Shown here piece after piece: positions 10,203-19,832 of a stretch of 64,000 bases of DNA. The translations under genes and the position numbers were made by a program. Within the stretch, counting starts at the first letter, position 1, and each line of letters begins with the position of its first letter. The DNA comes from a plasmid. The DNA is taken from the sequence record NZ_CP096162.1. The stretch is one strand, 5' to 3'. The notes below the pieces were generated by a model. The model worked only from the letters and a program-made list of their open reading frames with translations. It searched no databases and was not told where the DNA came from.

Positions 10203-10547
10203 ATGGCTTATCGAGATCGAGGCATGCAAAAGTGGCAAGGCATGATTCTATCCGAGCATACAGAACAACTAGAACAAGCAAAAAGAAAGTTATCTTGGCT
10301 ACCGCAGCAAAGTGAAGAATGCCTGGTAGAAATTTTAAGCTACGCTGTTACAAAGCAGCATGCTATAACGATACAACGACTTACAGAAGATGAAAATGGT
10401 TATCCCCTACCCTTTGTAGTCGGTAGAATCGTTGGTGTGGAAGACGATCGTATTTATATGAGAGATATGGCCGGAGAGATCACTGTGTTGACATTTGACG
10501 ATATCAATCATATTTCAGAAGGGACAATCGAAAAATGGTACAGGTAG
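10203..10547 (+). CDS. YolD-like protein (UmuD-analogous accessory of Y-family polymerases in Firmicutes)
   Basis: About 115 aa. Directly upstream of and overlapping the UmuC-like gene. The arrangement is typical of uvrX/yolD-type cassettes. Confidence 0.5.
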   Translation: MAYRDRGMQKWQGMILSEHTEQLEQAKRKLSWLPQQSEECLVEILSYAVTKQHAITIQRLTEDENGYPLPFVVGRIVGVEDDRIYMRDMAGEITVLTFDDINHISEGTIEKWYR

Positions 10548-11815
10548 AAGATTACACCCACGTCCCCTCTCGCGATATTCTTTGTGTCGATGTGAAGTCG
10601 TTTTTTGCCAGTGTGGAGTGCGTTAAACGTGGATTAGATCCACTACAGGCTTTTCTTGTCGTCATGAGTAATGCAGATCGCGCTGGAGGATTGGTGCTTG
10701 CAGCAAGTCCTCAAATGAAAAAAGTTTTCCGAATTAAGACAGGATCTAGAAAATTTGAAGTGCCAGAGGACGATCCTCGCATCATTATTGCTCCACCTAG
10801 AATGCAACTATACTTAAAAGTGAATGAGCTCATCCAGAAAATCTTCCTTCGATATGTATCCAGGGAAGATTTTCATGTCTATTCTATCGACGAAGCCTTT
10901 TTGGATGTCACGCACAGTAAAAAGCTTTTTGGATCCGCTGAAGTCATCGCAAAAAAGATACAAGCAGATATTTTAAAGGAGTTAAAGCTGTATGTCACGG
11001 TTGGTATTGGAGACAATCCCCTTCTTGCAAAATTAGCATTGGATAACGAAGCCAAACATCAAAAATCTGGTATTGCGGAATGGCGATATAAAGATGTACC
11101 GGAAACAGTGTGGAAGATCCGACCGATCACTGATTTTTGGGGAATTGGAAAAAGGACTGCTTTTCAGCTGGAGCGAATGGGGATCTATAGCATCCATGGA
11201 TTGAGCCAGATGCTCCCCTCCTACTTAAAAAGACGTTTAGGTGTGATTGGGGAACAATTGTATTATCATGCGCATGGGATCGATTATAGCCGTTTATCAG
11301 AGAAGTATAAGCCAATCGAAAAGTCTTATGGTAAAAGCCAAATCCTCGAAAAAGATTATCATGATCCGAATCAGATCGCGATCATTATCCAAGAAATGGT
11401 GGAAGAAGTAGCAATGCGCCTGCGTAATCATCACGTCGATACCAGTGTCATTCATTTAAGCTGCGGTTACAGCCGATATTCCACTAAAAACGGTTTTAGC
11501 CACCAAAAAAAGATAATGTCCACTAGCAGTAGCAAGGAGCTTGTCCCCTACTTCCTTGAACTCTTTTGGAAGTATCAGGAAAATAATGCGGTGCGATCAG
11601 TTGCGGTTAGCTGCGCAGGCATTAAAAGAAAAACATCAATGCAGCTCTCAGTTTTTGAAGACTACACAAAAACGCTCCAGCAAGAACAGCTGGAGCGAAC
11701 AATTGATAAAATTAGAGAGCGTTATGGTTTTAAGGCGCTTATGCATGCGAATAGCTTAGTAGCCGGGGCTACAGGGTTGAAACGTGCCACATTGGTTGGT
11801 GGCCACAAAGGATAA
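10535..11815 (+). CDS. Y-family (UmuC/ImpB/UvrX-like) error-prone DNA polymerase
   Basis: 426 aa. ILCVDVKSFFASVE N-terminal motif, SIDEAFLDV catalytic motif, GIG...K HhH. Confidence 0.85.
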   Translation: MVQVEDYTHVPSRDILCVDVKSFFASVECVKRGLDPLQAFLVVMSNADRAGGLVLAASPQMKKVFRIKTGSRKFEVPEDDPRIIIAPPRMQLYLKVNELIQKIFLRYVSREDFHVYSIDEAFLDVTHSKKLFGSAEVIAKKIQADILKELKLYVTVGIGDNPLLAKLALDNEAKHQKSGIAEWRYKDVPETVWKIRPITDFWGIGKRTAFQLERMGIYSIHGLSQMLPSYLKRRLGVIGEQLYYHAHGIDYSRLSEKYKPIEKSYGKSQILEKDYHDPNQIAIIIQEMVEEVAMRLRNHHVDTSVIHLSCGYSRYSTKNGFSHQKKIMSTSSSKELVPYFLELFWKYQENNAVRSVAVSCAGIKRKTSMQLSVFEDYTKTLQQEQLERTIDKIRERYGFKALMHANSLVAGATGLKRATLVGGHKG

Positions 11816-11940
11816 GCCAAAGTATAATTTATTTGCATACTCCCCTTCTTATTTAAGAATGTCGTATAGTGTATTGATGTTACTAGAACATGTATGTTTT
11901 TCTTATCGGTTAAAGCAGAGAGTTTTTTCCTATTTAGTTA

Positions 11941-12180
11941 TCTAACAAACTAAAAATATCCCTATATCCCTATATCCCTATATCTATATATCGCTAAACA
12001 TGTTAACTATAAGAGTTACCTGAGCAATGTTAATTACAGATATATATAAATATCCCTATATCCCTATATCTATATATTACTAAAAATGTTAGCTATAAGA
12101 GTTGATTGAGCATTATTAATTATCGATATATAAAAATATCCCTATATCTATATATAGATATAGGGATATTTTTACTCTGT
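11941..12180. repeat. Iteron array A: 8-bp ATATCCCT/ATATCTAT tandem repeats in three clusters (about 2.5 copies of an 88-bp higher-order unit; last cluster palindromic). Candidate centromere/ParB-binding site.
   Basis: Read directly. Lies immediately downstream of the small ParB-like gene. Confidence 0.7.
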
Positions 12181-12531
12181 CATAGCTTTGAATTTACGAC
12201 GTTGTTCAGGAGCCAACTCATTGTTAACATAGGTATCGATTAGCAAATCAATAATTTCGTAATCAAATTTAGTTTTTGTTATGGTTTTTAGAGCTTGTAA
12301 TTCTTCTTTGGTTTGCATAGAAGTTTTTATTGTTCCAGCTTGATTTTTAAACTTAGCAGCGGACTTTGATATAGATTCTGTTTGAATGTTGCTTGACGAG
12401 GAAGGAAGATCTGAATCCGTGTATGATTCTTGTGGTTTGAAATTTCCTGGAACTCGGTTTGGTTTCGAATTGATTAAACCTCTGCCTTTTCCTTTGTTAT
12501 CCATTAATAGCACCTTCTTTTTCTTCTTCAA
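12172..12531 (-). CDS. Small partition protein (PrgO/RepC-like ParB-type centromere-binding protein)
   Basis: 119 aa, basic. Overlaps and follows parA. Flanked by iterons. Confidence 0.5.
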   Translation of the reverse strand: MKKKKKVLLMDNKGKGRGLINSKPNRVPGNFKPQESYTDSDLPSSSSNIQTESISKSAAKFKNQAGTIKTSMQTKEELQALKTITKTKFDYEIIDLLIDTYVNNELAPEQRRKFKAMTE

Positions 12532-13378
12532 AGTAATTAATTCTATCTAAAAGTTCATCTGAAACTTTATCATACAAATTTAGTACTTTTTGATCATGAC
12601 GATCTTTATCTGTAATACCGTTGACATCAAACCTTTTAATTCTCTCCATTTGGGGAACAACGTTTTCAAAGAGATTGTCCTCACCAAATGTTTCTTTTGC
12701 GACTTCCATTACATATTGATCTACTGAACCATTATTCTTATGGATCACAGGTAAAACGCCCACAACCTCTAAATCCAAGTCGTATTCATTATGAAGTTTA
12801 TTTAATTCTTCTACATAACTTTCAGCACCACTCAAAGATCTTTCATGAGTCTGTAATGAAATTAAAACATAATCAGAACATATGACTGCATTTCTTGTGA
12901 CTGCTTTAGACATTGGAGGAACATCTATTAGTACAATATCGTACTTACCTTGTAAAGGGGTAAAGATATTTTTTAAATAATAGTCTTCTTCTCTTTGATT
13001 GCTCGTATTTTTATATAGATATTTGGGGAAATCTTCAAAATCAATATACGAAGGTAAGAGGTAAAGGTTATCCATAATTTTCACTTCAAGGCCATCAAGA
13101 TTTTTTTCAGAGATTCCTGTCATTAATGTCTTTTCTATAGTTACAACTTCATCTTGATATAAACTGGATTTTGTTAGCAATAAACTTTTGGTAGCATTAC
13201 TTTGAGGGTCCAAGTCTAATACACATACTTTTAAGCCTTTCTTTGCCAACTTATATGCAAGTAATACAACGTTTGTTGTTTTACCTGCTCCTCCTTTATA
13301 ATTTCCAACAGTTATAACAGTAGCAGTATTTTTTTGCTGTATCTTGCTGATAATTGAATTAATATTATTACTCGACAT
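12497..13378 (-). CDS. parA: ParA-family partition ATPase (PrgP/RepB-like)
   Basis: Deviant Walker A KGGAGKTT, plus LDLDPQ. Confidence 0.88.
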   Translation of the reverse strand: MSSNNINSIISKIQQKNTATVITVGNYKGGAGKTTNVVLLAYKLAKKGLKVCVLDLDPQSNATKSLLLTKSSLYQDEVVTIEKTLMTGISEKNLDGLEVKIMDNLYLLPSYIDFEDFPKYLYKNTSNQREEDYYLKNIFTPLQGKYDIVLIDVPPMSKAVTRNAVICSDYVLISLQTHERSLSGAESYVEELNKLHNEYDLDLEVVGVLPVIHKNNGSVDQYVMEVAKETFGEDNLFENVVPQMERIKRFDVNGITDKDRHDQKVLNLYDKVSDELLDRINYFEEEKEGAING

Positions 13379-13389
13379 CTCTATTCCTC

Positions 13390-13650
13390 CTTAAATTTCT
13401 ATATATACTAATATCTAAATATCTATATTACTATATAAGTATATAATTAATTGTGAAATAAAGCAAGTATTACGATAATGAATTTATATAGTTGCAAATG
13501 GCTTAAATAAAAGGATTTCCAACATTTTTTATAGATATTACTAAATATCTAAATATCTAAATATCTATAAATAGATAAAAAAATAGATATATAGTAATAT
13601 TAATTTATCTATATATCTAAATATCTATATATCTATATTAAGAGTAAAAA
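13390..13650. repeat. Iteron array B: tandem ATATCTAA/ATATCTAT 8-mers (two blocks). Candidate second partition/replication control site and parA promoter region.
   Basis: Read directly, upstream of parA. Confidence 0.65.
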
Positions 13651-14004
13651 AAGTTCTTTACAAAATAAAATTTTGATTGTAAAGTAAAGTCAAACAAAAA
13701 AAGGACTCGCTCATGAAAAAGTACTACCAATACTTTTTCATGAATCCTCTCATCTACCAAATGAGGGATAACACGAAACCCTTCTTAATACTATAATTCG
13801 ATTAAAATCCTTAAAAAAATTATAGCATAAGTAGGCTTATTTAACAATGCTTTTAACCGCATTTTATCTAAGGTTTTTAACGTTTCGTGGCGATGACTTT
13901 GCTCCGGAACGTTTGTTGTTTTCTGACAAACTGGCTAGGTGGCAAAGTTTGTCCTTTTTTATTGGCAAATTGGTGCGGATAAAAACAGGAAAGGGGAGCT
14001 ATTT

Positions 14005-15654
14005 ATGCTTGTCAGTGATGCTATTTATACATACTCTGCAGTAATCAACACGGTGGTACATGAAGGTTTAACTGCTTATCGTAAAAAAAATAGTCGCGGT
14101 GTGATGGCCGTGCGTGATCATTTCGCTGCGATCGAAGCAGCAAGTACCAATCGGAAGGGTGTTCAGTTCGTCGTTCGGGACAAAAGTCATCTACAAACGA
14201 AGTGTGGCGTGAAAGGCTTTATTGTCACTAGTCAAGAAGCGTTGATCGCAGAAGTAGATCAGATTACACATTGGACACCGAATACATACCGAGTTGGCAC
14301 TTACTCGGACCGAAATCGGAAATACATAAAAGGACACGAAGAAAAGAACTTACAACAAATCAATACGTTTGTGATCGATATCGATACGCAAAAAGTCGAC
14401 GTGGCAAAAATGATCACGGCATCGATGCGTGTCTTGAATCAAACACCTACGTTCATCTTGAAAACCGATCACGGCTTTCAAATGTACTTCGTACTAGAAA
14501 CACCTAGCTTTGTTAGTAATGCGAATCAATTTAAATCGTTAAAAATCGCCAAAAGAATTTCGCAAAACGTCAAATATGCGTTTGCGGAAGAGTTGCCAGC
14601 TGTCGATATTGGCTGCAATGACTTTGGTTTCTTTCGCGCGCCAAATACGCAGAATGTAGCCTTTTTAAACCTAGAAAGTCAATTCGATTTCCATGAAATG
14701 ATGGAATGGTCGAAAAGTTACAGTGATCAAAAACGGCGTTCGGTGCTTTCTTTGGTACCGGAATCTTCAACTACAGTCTTTGATGCGACCAAACAAGAAT
14801 GGTTTTCCATCATGGCGAATCTAAAAAATGTACGTGGACGCAAAGGCCAATACGGCCGAAATAACGTTGCATTTACCCTAGCGTTAGCTTGTTATGCGTC
14901 CGGTAAAAGTAAGCAAGAAGCGACAGATTTGCTTGATCAGTTCAATGACACGCTGGATGCACCATTGCGATTTAGGGAAATCGAAACATGTATTCGTAAT
15001 GCATACTCGGGAAGATACCAGGGCGCAAATGCTGAAAAAATCAGCGATATCTTGCAGACGTATTGGAAATCTGAATACGAAATCAAGGGCTACACGCCAT
15101 TTATCTTTGATGAAGTAGGTAAGGTTAAACCTCAATTCTTTAGAAAGCACAGGAAGAGTAGGGAAGAACGTACGTATTCGCATTTTAGCGAATGGGAAAA
15201 GGACTTAGAATGTTACATCGAGTCACAGCTGTTATCCGGACAAACTTTTTTAGAACGTTCGCAGCGCTCGGTCGCTGAAGCATTAAAAATGCCTTATGCG
15301 ACGCTAAAAAAAATACTGAAGCAATCGGATCGTATTATTAGCAGAGTGAACGGGAAGGGGAGAGCTGCCCAAACCCTTTTTTCTACAGTGGCCATCGTTG
15401 TGGAGCAAGCGATACGACACGCTCTGACAAAGAAAGCGGCAGAAAAAGAAGCGTACATGGAATTTTTAGCAAGCTTTACGGATGCGGCACAACATGTGAT
15501 TACATTGATCGAATCTACTGGTAAGTTATCGGAGGCATATAAGCCACCTGTGAGTTTGATTGGAAATGGGGATCGTACTGTCCAGCTGTCATTAAACCTA
15601 CTGGGTAATGTCTACAGAAGGCGTAATAGCAACGATTATAGACGAAGTAGTTAG
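14005..15654 (+). CDS. repR: Inc18-type theta-replication initiator (RepR/RepE/RepS family of pIP501/pAMbeta1)
   Basis: Co-linear similarity to pAMbeta1 RepE (HWTPNxYRxGTY, NTFxIDxD, KxDxGxQxYFVLETP). Start set at the Met with a GGGGAG RBS (track ORF opens at 13939). Confidence 0.82.
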   Translation: MLVSDAIYTYSAVINTVVHEGLTAYRKKNSRGVMAVRDHFAAIEAASTNRKGVQFVVRDKSHLQTKCGVKGFIVTSQEALIAEVDQITHWTPNTYRVGTYSDRNRKYIKGHEEKNLQQINTFVIDIDTQKVDVAKMITASMRVLNQTPTFILKTDHGFQMYFVLETPSFVSNANQFKSLKIAKRISQNVKYAFAEELPAVDIGCNDFGFFRAPNTQNVAFLNLESQFDFHEMMEWSKSYSDQKRRSVLSLVPESSTTVFDATKQEWFSIMANLKNVRGRKGQYGRNNVAFTLALACYASGKSKQEATDLLDQFNDTLDAPLRFREIETCIRNAYSGRYQGANAEKISDILQTYWKSEYEIKGYTPFIFDEVGKVKPQFFRKHRKSREERTYSHFSEWEKDLECYIESQLLSGQTFLERSQRSVAEALKMPYATLKKILKQSDRIISRVNGKGRAAQTLFSTVAIVVEQAIRHALTKKAAEKEAYMEFLASFTDAAQHVITLIESTGKLSEAYKPPVSLIGNGDRTVQLSLNLLGNVYRRRNSNDYRRSS

Positions 15655-16109
15655 TTTTTAAAATAATGGGCTCAATTGCCAATTACTTATTTCTAGTTAC
15701 TAGGGCTGTTACCTTTGACTGTTCGCTGTTGTTATATCTCTTTATTTAACTTGGTACAACGTTTCTAAGTTTGTTGGCTTGTATAATTATATTTGTGAGT
15801 TAGGAAAATTAAAAAAGTCTCGTGGGTTTACGCTAATAGATCTTTAAGTTTTGGATTTGTTATTTTTTTAAAAAACGGAGTTTGTGTCTATTTAAGCAAC
15901 AATGAAAAGGGCTTTCATTGTTATTGTAAAAGAATTTACACCTAATAATATACTTTTGAATTAGAGGTTATTTTTTTAAAAAATAATTGAAATTAACTTT
16001 AAATTGTGCTATAATAATCACAAAGGTGGTATGTATTTTTATTGCCTTTGAGATACGCTTTGTGGAAAGCATTTAGCTTTGAACGGGAGAAATTTTCTGA
16101 AATTAGTTC

Positions 16110-16138
16110 TTGACTTTCAAAAGAATTGCGATTAAAGT
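16110..16138 (+). promoter_or_regulatory. Candidate sigma-A promoter TTGACT-17-TAAAGT
   Basis: Spacing and hexamers read directly. There is no ORF downstream for about 400 nt. Confidence 0.3.
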
Positions 16139-16348
16139 TAGGGCAGACATGAGCGTTAAGCTCTTATATGGTGCGTAAAATGCAAAAAAGGGCAAACCAC
16201 CTAAAACCTTGAGAAAGTTTTAGATGGCATAGCTCGACTACAGATTTAAACCCTTACTGTAGATCGAACCTCTTGCCCCTTATGTTGCACGACTAGCGTA
16301 CAACTACTCTAATATATCATAAAATGACGATATCGACCATTGTTTTTG

Positions 16349-16378
16349 GATTATTTTGGATTATTTTGGATTATTTTG
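16349..16378. repeat. Three perfect tandem copies of GGATTATTTT (a fourth degenerate)
   Basis: Read directly. Lies in the ORF-free region downstream of repR. Confidence 0.55.
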
Positions 16379-16456
16379 TATTGATTGTGAATTTAAAAAC
16401 ATGGGATTGAAGCTTATGATGGGTTAGTGAGTTGTGGCAGTTGTGTGATGAAGGGT

Positions 16457-16498
16457 GGAGTCAATGATCTTCGGGTCGTTGACTCCTTTTTTGTTTTT
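16457..16498 (+). terminator. Rho-independent terminator GGAGTCAATGATCTTCGGGTCGTTGACTCC + TTTTTTGTTTTT
   Basis: Perfect 8-bp outer stem with a nested stem and T-run. Confidence 0.6.
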
Positions 16499-16546
16499 AT
16501 AAGAGCCAGCTTATGCCAATTACATATTTTATTTGGAGGGATTCAT

Positions 16547-17092
16547 TTGGGAAAAGTACAAGTAATGCCTAAAGAGTTGACATTGGAAGAACTTGCATCG
16601 CTTGATTATGAAGTTTATGTAAAATTATTCGATCAATCTACTTATTCTTTAAAGAATGGGATAGCACTTAGCTTACTTACTCAAAAAGAACATCCTGTAT
16701 CCGCACTATATAACTTAATAAAAAATATCAAAGGGAAAGACAAACAAATTTTAGCGAAAAGAAAAAGCAAGTTTACGAAGCTTTTGAAGACGAGTGCTTT
16801 TTATGACCAATCGCCCTATATCCCTAGAAAACGAACTAAGAATCATTTTCCTATGGTAGATCAGCGACAAAGTATACATCCGTTAAATGATTTGAAACAC
16901 TATCAGAAATCACTCAAGGCAAGTAGAGCTAAAACAGTTAGCGTACCGTTGCAAGATCTTCCTTTTGAAAGCCTGGAAAAGTGCAGAGAGTATTTGATTG
17001 CTCATGGTTGTGAAACAGTTTTATTTTATGCTACCAAGCAAGGTTTTTCTGTAGTAGCTGATCCATCAACTCCTTTAGAAGCGTTGTTGTAA
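16547..17092 (+). CDS. Hypothetical protein
   Basis: TTG start 6 nt after a GGAGGG RBS. The track ORF begins upstream at 16427 but would span the terminator. Confidence 0.4.
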   Translation: MGKVQVMPKELTLEELASLDYEVYVKLFDQSTYSLKNGIALSLLTQKEHPVSALYNLIKNIKGKDKQILAKRKSKFTKLLKTSAFYDQSPYIPRKRTKNHFPMVDQRQSIHPLNDLKHYQKSLKASRAKTVSVPLQDLPFESLEKCREYLIAHGCETVLFYATKQGFSVVADPSTPLEALL

Positions 17093-17724
17093 AGATTTGA
17101 TTATCTATTCACGTTTGTCAGTAAGTGAAGGACTGACAAAGCAGCTGATGAATTTTTAATAGCTTATCAGTAAGCGTATAAAAGGGATGCCTCCCCTCCA
17201 GCATATAACCGCGCGACCAATATGTTTGGAATGAAAATGTTCTTTTCCTGTTGCGAGAAACGTACTTTTACACATTGTGGTGATGTGGAAAGCGTAGTAG
17301 ACAAACAGGTACCGTTAACAAGCGCACATTAGCAGATACACTTCAAGTGTATACTCGGCTGCTATAGGGTTCCGTGAGTATCGACTGCCACAAACTCACA
17401 GTTGCGAAACAGATTGCTTTTTATCTGGAGTAGAGACGAGGCAAGGTTCCAAGATCAACGATATTGGGAGAATAACGGAGAATCCCAGTTGATCTAATGT
17501 TCTTACTTTCTGCGAGATGGTAGACAGAGAGTACCGTGACATTGCTCGATTTTCGATTAGCCAACGAATTTTACACCAATTAAACTAGTAAAATGCTAAA
17601 GGGAATACTCGGCGAGCATAGAGTTTGTAGGGGAACGACTGCTAAAAACCTACTTTAGGAACCACTCTTCATTTATTTATTGATAAACGTGAGTAGATAT
17701 CAACGCTTAGAAAGGGAAATACGT

Positions 17725-18042
17725 ATGAAAAATTATTGGAAGAGATCACTTTATTATTTTAGATTTGGACCAACCTTTTTTTGGAAGTACTTACAAGGAT
17801 ATCGTCTTTATTTAATTTGGGAGAAAAAACTGTATCGCATTGATGGTTATTTTAAAGATTTCCAGCAATGTATGTGTACGAACATTGAAACAAGTTGGCG
17901 ACAAATTGCTTATGTAACTTCAAAACCTAATGCACAACACGAAAAATTTATTGTAATCGATAAGCAAGAACTTGTTTTTCGGAAAAAAGAAGAAGAAAAA
18001 CAGCTGCTTCACCAAACGATGGAGAAGGGTTGGCAATTTTAG
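17725..18042 (+). CDS. Hypothetical small basic protein
   Basis: Internal Met with an AAAGGGAAA RBS. Confidence 0.4.
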   Translation: MKNYWKRSLYYFRFGPTFFWKYLQGYRLYLIWEKKLYRIDGYFKDFQQCMCTNIETSWRQIAYVTSKPNAQHEKFIVIDKQELVFRKKEEEKQLLHQTMEKGWQF

Positions 18043-18054
18043 GAGGTTGTTTGA

Positions 18055-18594
18055 ATGGATGCTAGTGAACTATTTGACCGGTTAAAAGTCATTAATCGAC
18101 GAGGCATACACACCCTGATCAGCAGCTCCAATGGCGTCGAATGTAGTACAAAAAATTTAGAAGATGTCATTTATTTCATCGAATTAGTTGCAGAGCAACA
18201 GCAACCGGATTTTCCGGAAGCATTTCACGAAAATGTAGCTGTTTCAGATCCGAAAGCGAATTTACTTCAAGAAGTGCTGCATCATGTATCGGATAATTTA
18301 CGTACCGTGCTTGCTTTTGTTAAAGGAAATAGCTTGCTGGACTTGCTTTATATTAAGCAGCTGATCTTCTTAAAAGACGGTTTACATACCATTACGCTTC
18401 ATATAAAAGATTTACCGAAATTAAAAGGAAACTTACATTACCTAGAAAATATTTTCTTAGCAGCACCAACATCGATGATTGATTGGTCTAAGTCTATTGA
18501 TTCTGTCGAGGATTATCAAGCAATTCTTCCTCACAGCAAAGAAGTGCAAGATTTTCAGCAGATCTTGACCGTGTATACGAAAGATGCTTGTTAA
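18055..18594 (+). CDS. Hypothetical protein
   Basis: 179 aa, RBS GGAGG. Confidence 0.5.
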   Translation: MDASELFDRLKVINRRGIHTLISSSNGVECSTKNLEDVIYFIELVAEQQQPDFPEAFHENVAVSDPKANLLQEVLHHVSDNLRTVLAFVKGNSLLDLLYIKQLIFLKDGLHTITLHIKDLPKLKGNLHYLENIFLAAPTSMIDWSKSIDSVEDYQAILPHSKEVQDFQQILTVYTKDAC

Positions 18595-18653
18595 ATCACA
18601 TTTTGAAATCTATACTTAAAGTGGGGAAACTAAAGAGAAGGGAAGAAAGGAAA

Positions 18654-19676
18654 ATGAAAAAGAAACTATCTATCATTTCGATCTTAGTCATTGCTTTACT
18701 TGCAGTGGTCGGCGGCTATGTGGGTTATCAGCAGCATGTAGAAGCAGCTAACCGGGCAGCTGTGCAGCAAAAAGAGAAAGCAATCAAGCAACAGGTCAAT
18801 GCCTTGTACGTGGATAAAAATGAAAAAAAGTTAGCGAAGCAACTGACACAAGCGAAAATTACCAAAGCAAAGCACGCATTATCATCCTTGTCCGATAAGT
18901 CATTAAAAAAACAACTGAAAGTGAAGGTGGATGCTGCGCAGCACATGTATGATGCAGCAAAAGCAGTAGGGAATATCATCGACGCGAAGCAAGTTGTCAA
19001 AGACAACGTCACGGCGAAACAACTTCAACGGACGTTAACAAAAATCAAGCAAGTAGATGCGAGTAAGCAAACGTTTGTAAAAGAACTACAAACACGCTAT
19101 CAAGCAGCAAACAAACAGTGGAAACAGATCAAGCAACTGAAAAAAGGCATCGCAGCTGCTTCTATGCAAAATAGCAATGCGTATGATCGCTATGCGGCGT
19201 CCGTGAAAAAGGTTAAAAATAAGACGGCTAAAGCAGCACTGACGAAATCGCTGAAACAATTAAAAGCAAAAATCAACCGAAACCAAGCAGCGCAGAAGGA
19301 AAAGCAACAGCAAAATGCCCAAGAAAAAGCACAACAAGTACAAAAAGAGAAACAGGCGACAACTCAATCAAGCAACCAAACAGCAACGCCTAACACAAAT
19401 TCTAACAACAAACAGGCCACGAATGGTGGCAACTCTTCAAACGCTGGCTCTGAAGCTAAAAGTGGCAACAGCAGCACACCGAAAGGTGGTTCTTCCTCTA
19501 CTGCGCCAAAAACGTCAAGTAAGCAAAGCAGTGGGAAAAATAACAGTAAAAATGATAGTTATATGGATCGTGTAAATGGTTCACTAAATAATATTAATAA
19601 AGGAAATTATAGAGAAGTGGAACACGGTGATGCAGGCGGTGGCCACTCATATTCAGGTTATGAATTTAATAAATAG
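18654..19676 (+). CDS. Membrane-anchored extracellular protein with a long K/Q-rich coiled coil and an S/N/T-rich low-complexity tail
   Basis: N-terminal transmembrane helix MKKKLSIISILVIALLAVVGG, then heptad-like KQ repeats. Confidence 0.5.
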   Translation: MKKKLSIISILVIALLAVVGGYVGYQQHVEAANRAAVQQKEKAIKQQVNALYVDKNEKKLAKQLTQAKITKAKHALSSLSDKSLKKQLKVKVDAAQHMYDAAKAVGNIIDAKQVVKDNVTAKQLQRTLTKIKQVDASKQTFVKELQTRYQAANKQWKQIKQLKKGIAAASMQNSNAYDRYAASVKKVKNKTAKAALTKSLKQLKAKINRNQAAQKEKQQQNAQEKAQQVQKEKQATTQSSNQTATPNTNSNNKQATNGGNSSNAGSEAKSGNSSTPKGGSSSTAPKTSSKQSSGKNNSKNDSYMDRVNGSLNNINKGNYREVEHGDAGGGHSYSGYEFNK

Positions 19677-19832
19677 TAACAGAGACAGCCACAACGGCTG
19701 TCTTTTTTTATGGAATAAAAAGGGGAGATACCTGGCTATTCCACTGAATGAACACAGAGGAGGTGTTGAGTTTGATTGTGTAACTGTTTCTCGTCCCTTT
19801 TGTCAAACCAATACAATGAAAAGGAGCAAATT

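Noticed and set aside
11941-12180. Possible CRISPR array (short regularly spaced repeats)
   Set aside because: Units are 8-bp tandem iterons with a conserved about 50-bp spacer sequence repeated between clusters, not 25-40-bp repeats with unique spacers. No cas genes. Context is parA/parB.
13847-14044. 65-aa ORF overlapping the repR leader/start, and internal +/- ORFs 14271-15183 inside repR
   Set aside because: They overlap a well-supported rep gene in other frames or lie in its leader. No RBS support. Likely spurious.
16140-16330. tRNA or tmRNA in the ORF-free region after the candidate promoter
   Set aside because: No cloverleaf-compatible acceptor/T-arm pairing, no CCA or GTTC-type T-loop found by eye, and no tag-peptide ORF. 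Kept as an uncharacterised RNA candidate instead.
18588-18653. Track start of the coiled-coil protein at 18588
   Set aside because: The Met at 18654 has a proper RBS and starts the transmembrane helix. The upstream extension overlaps the preceding gene.
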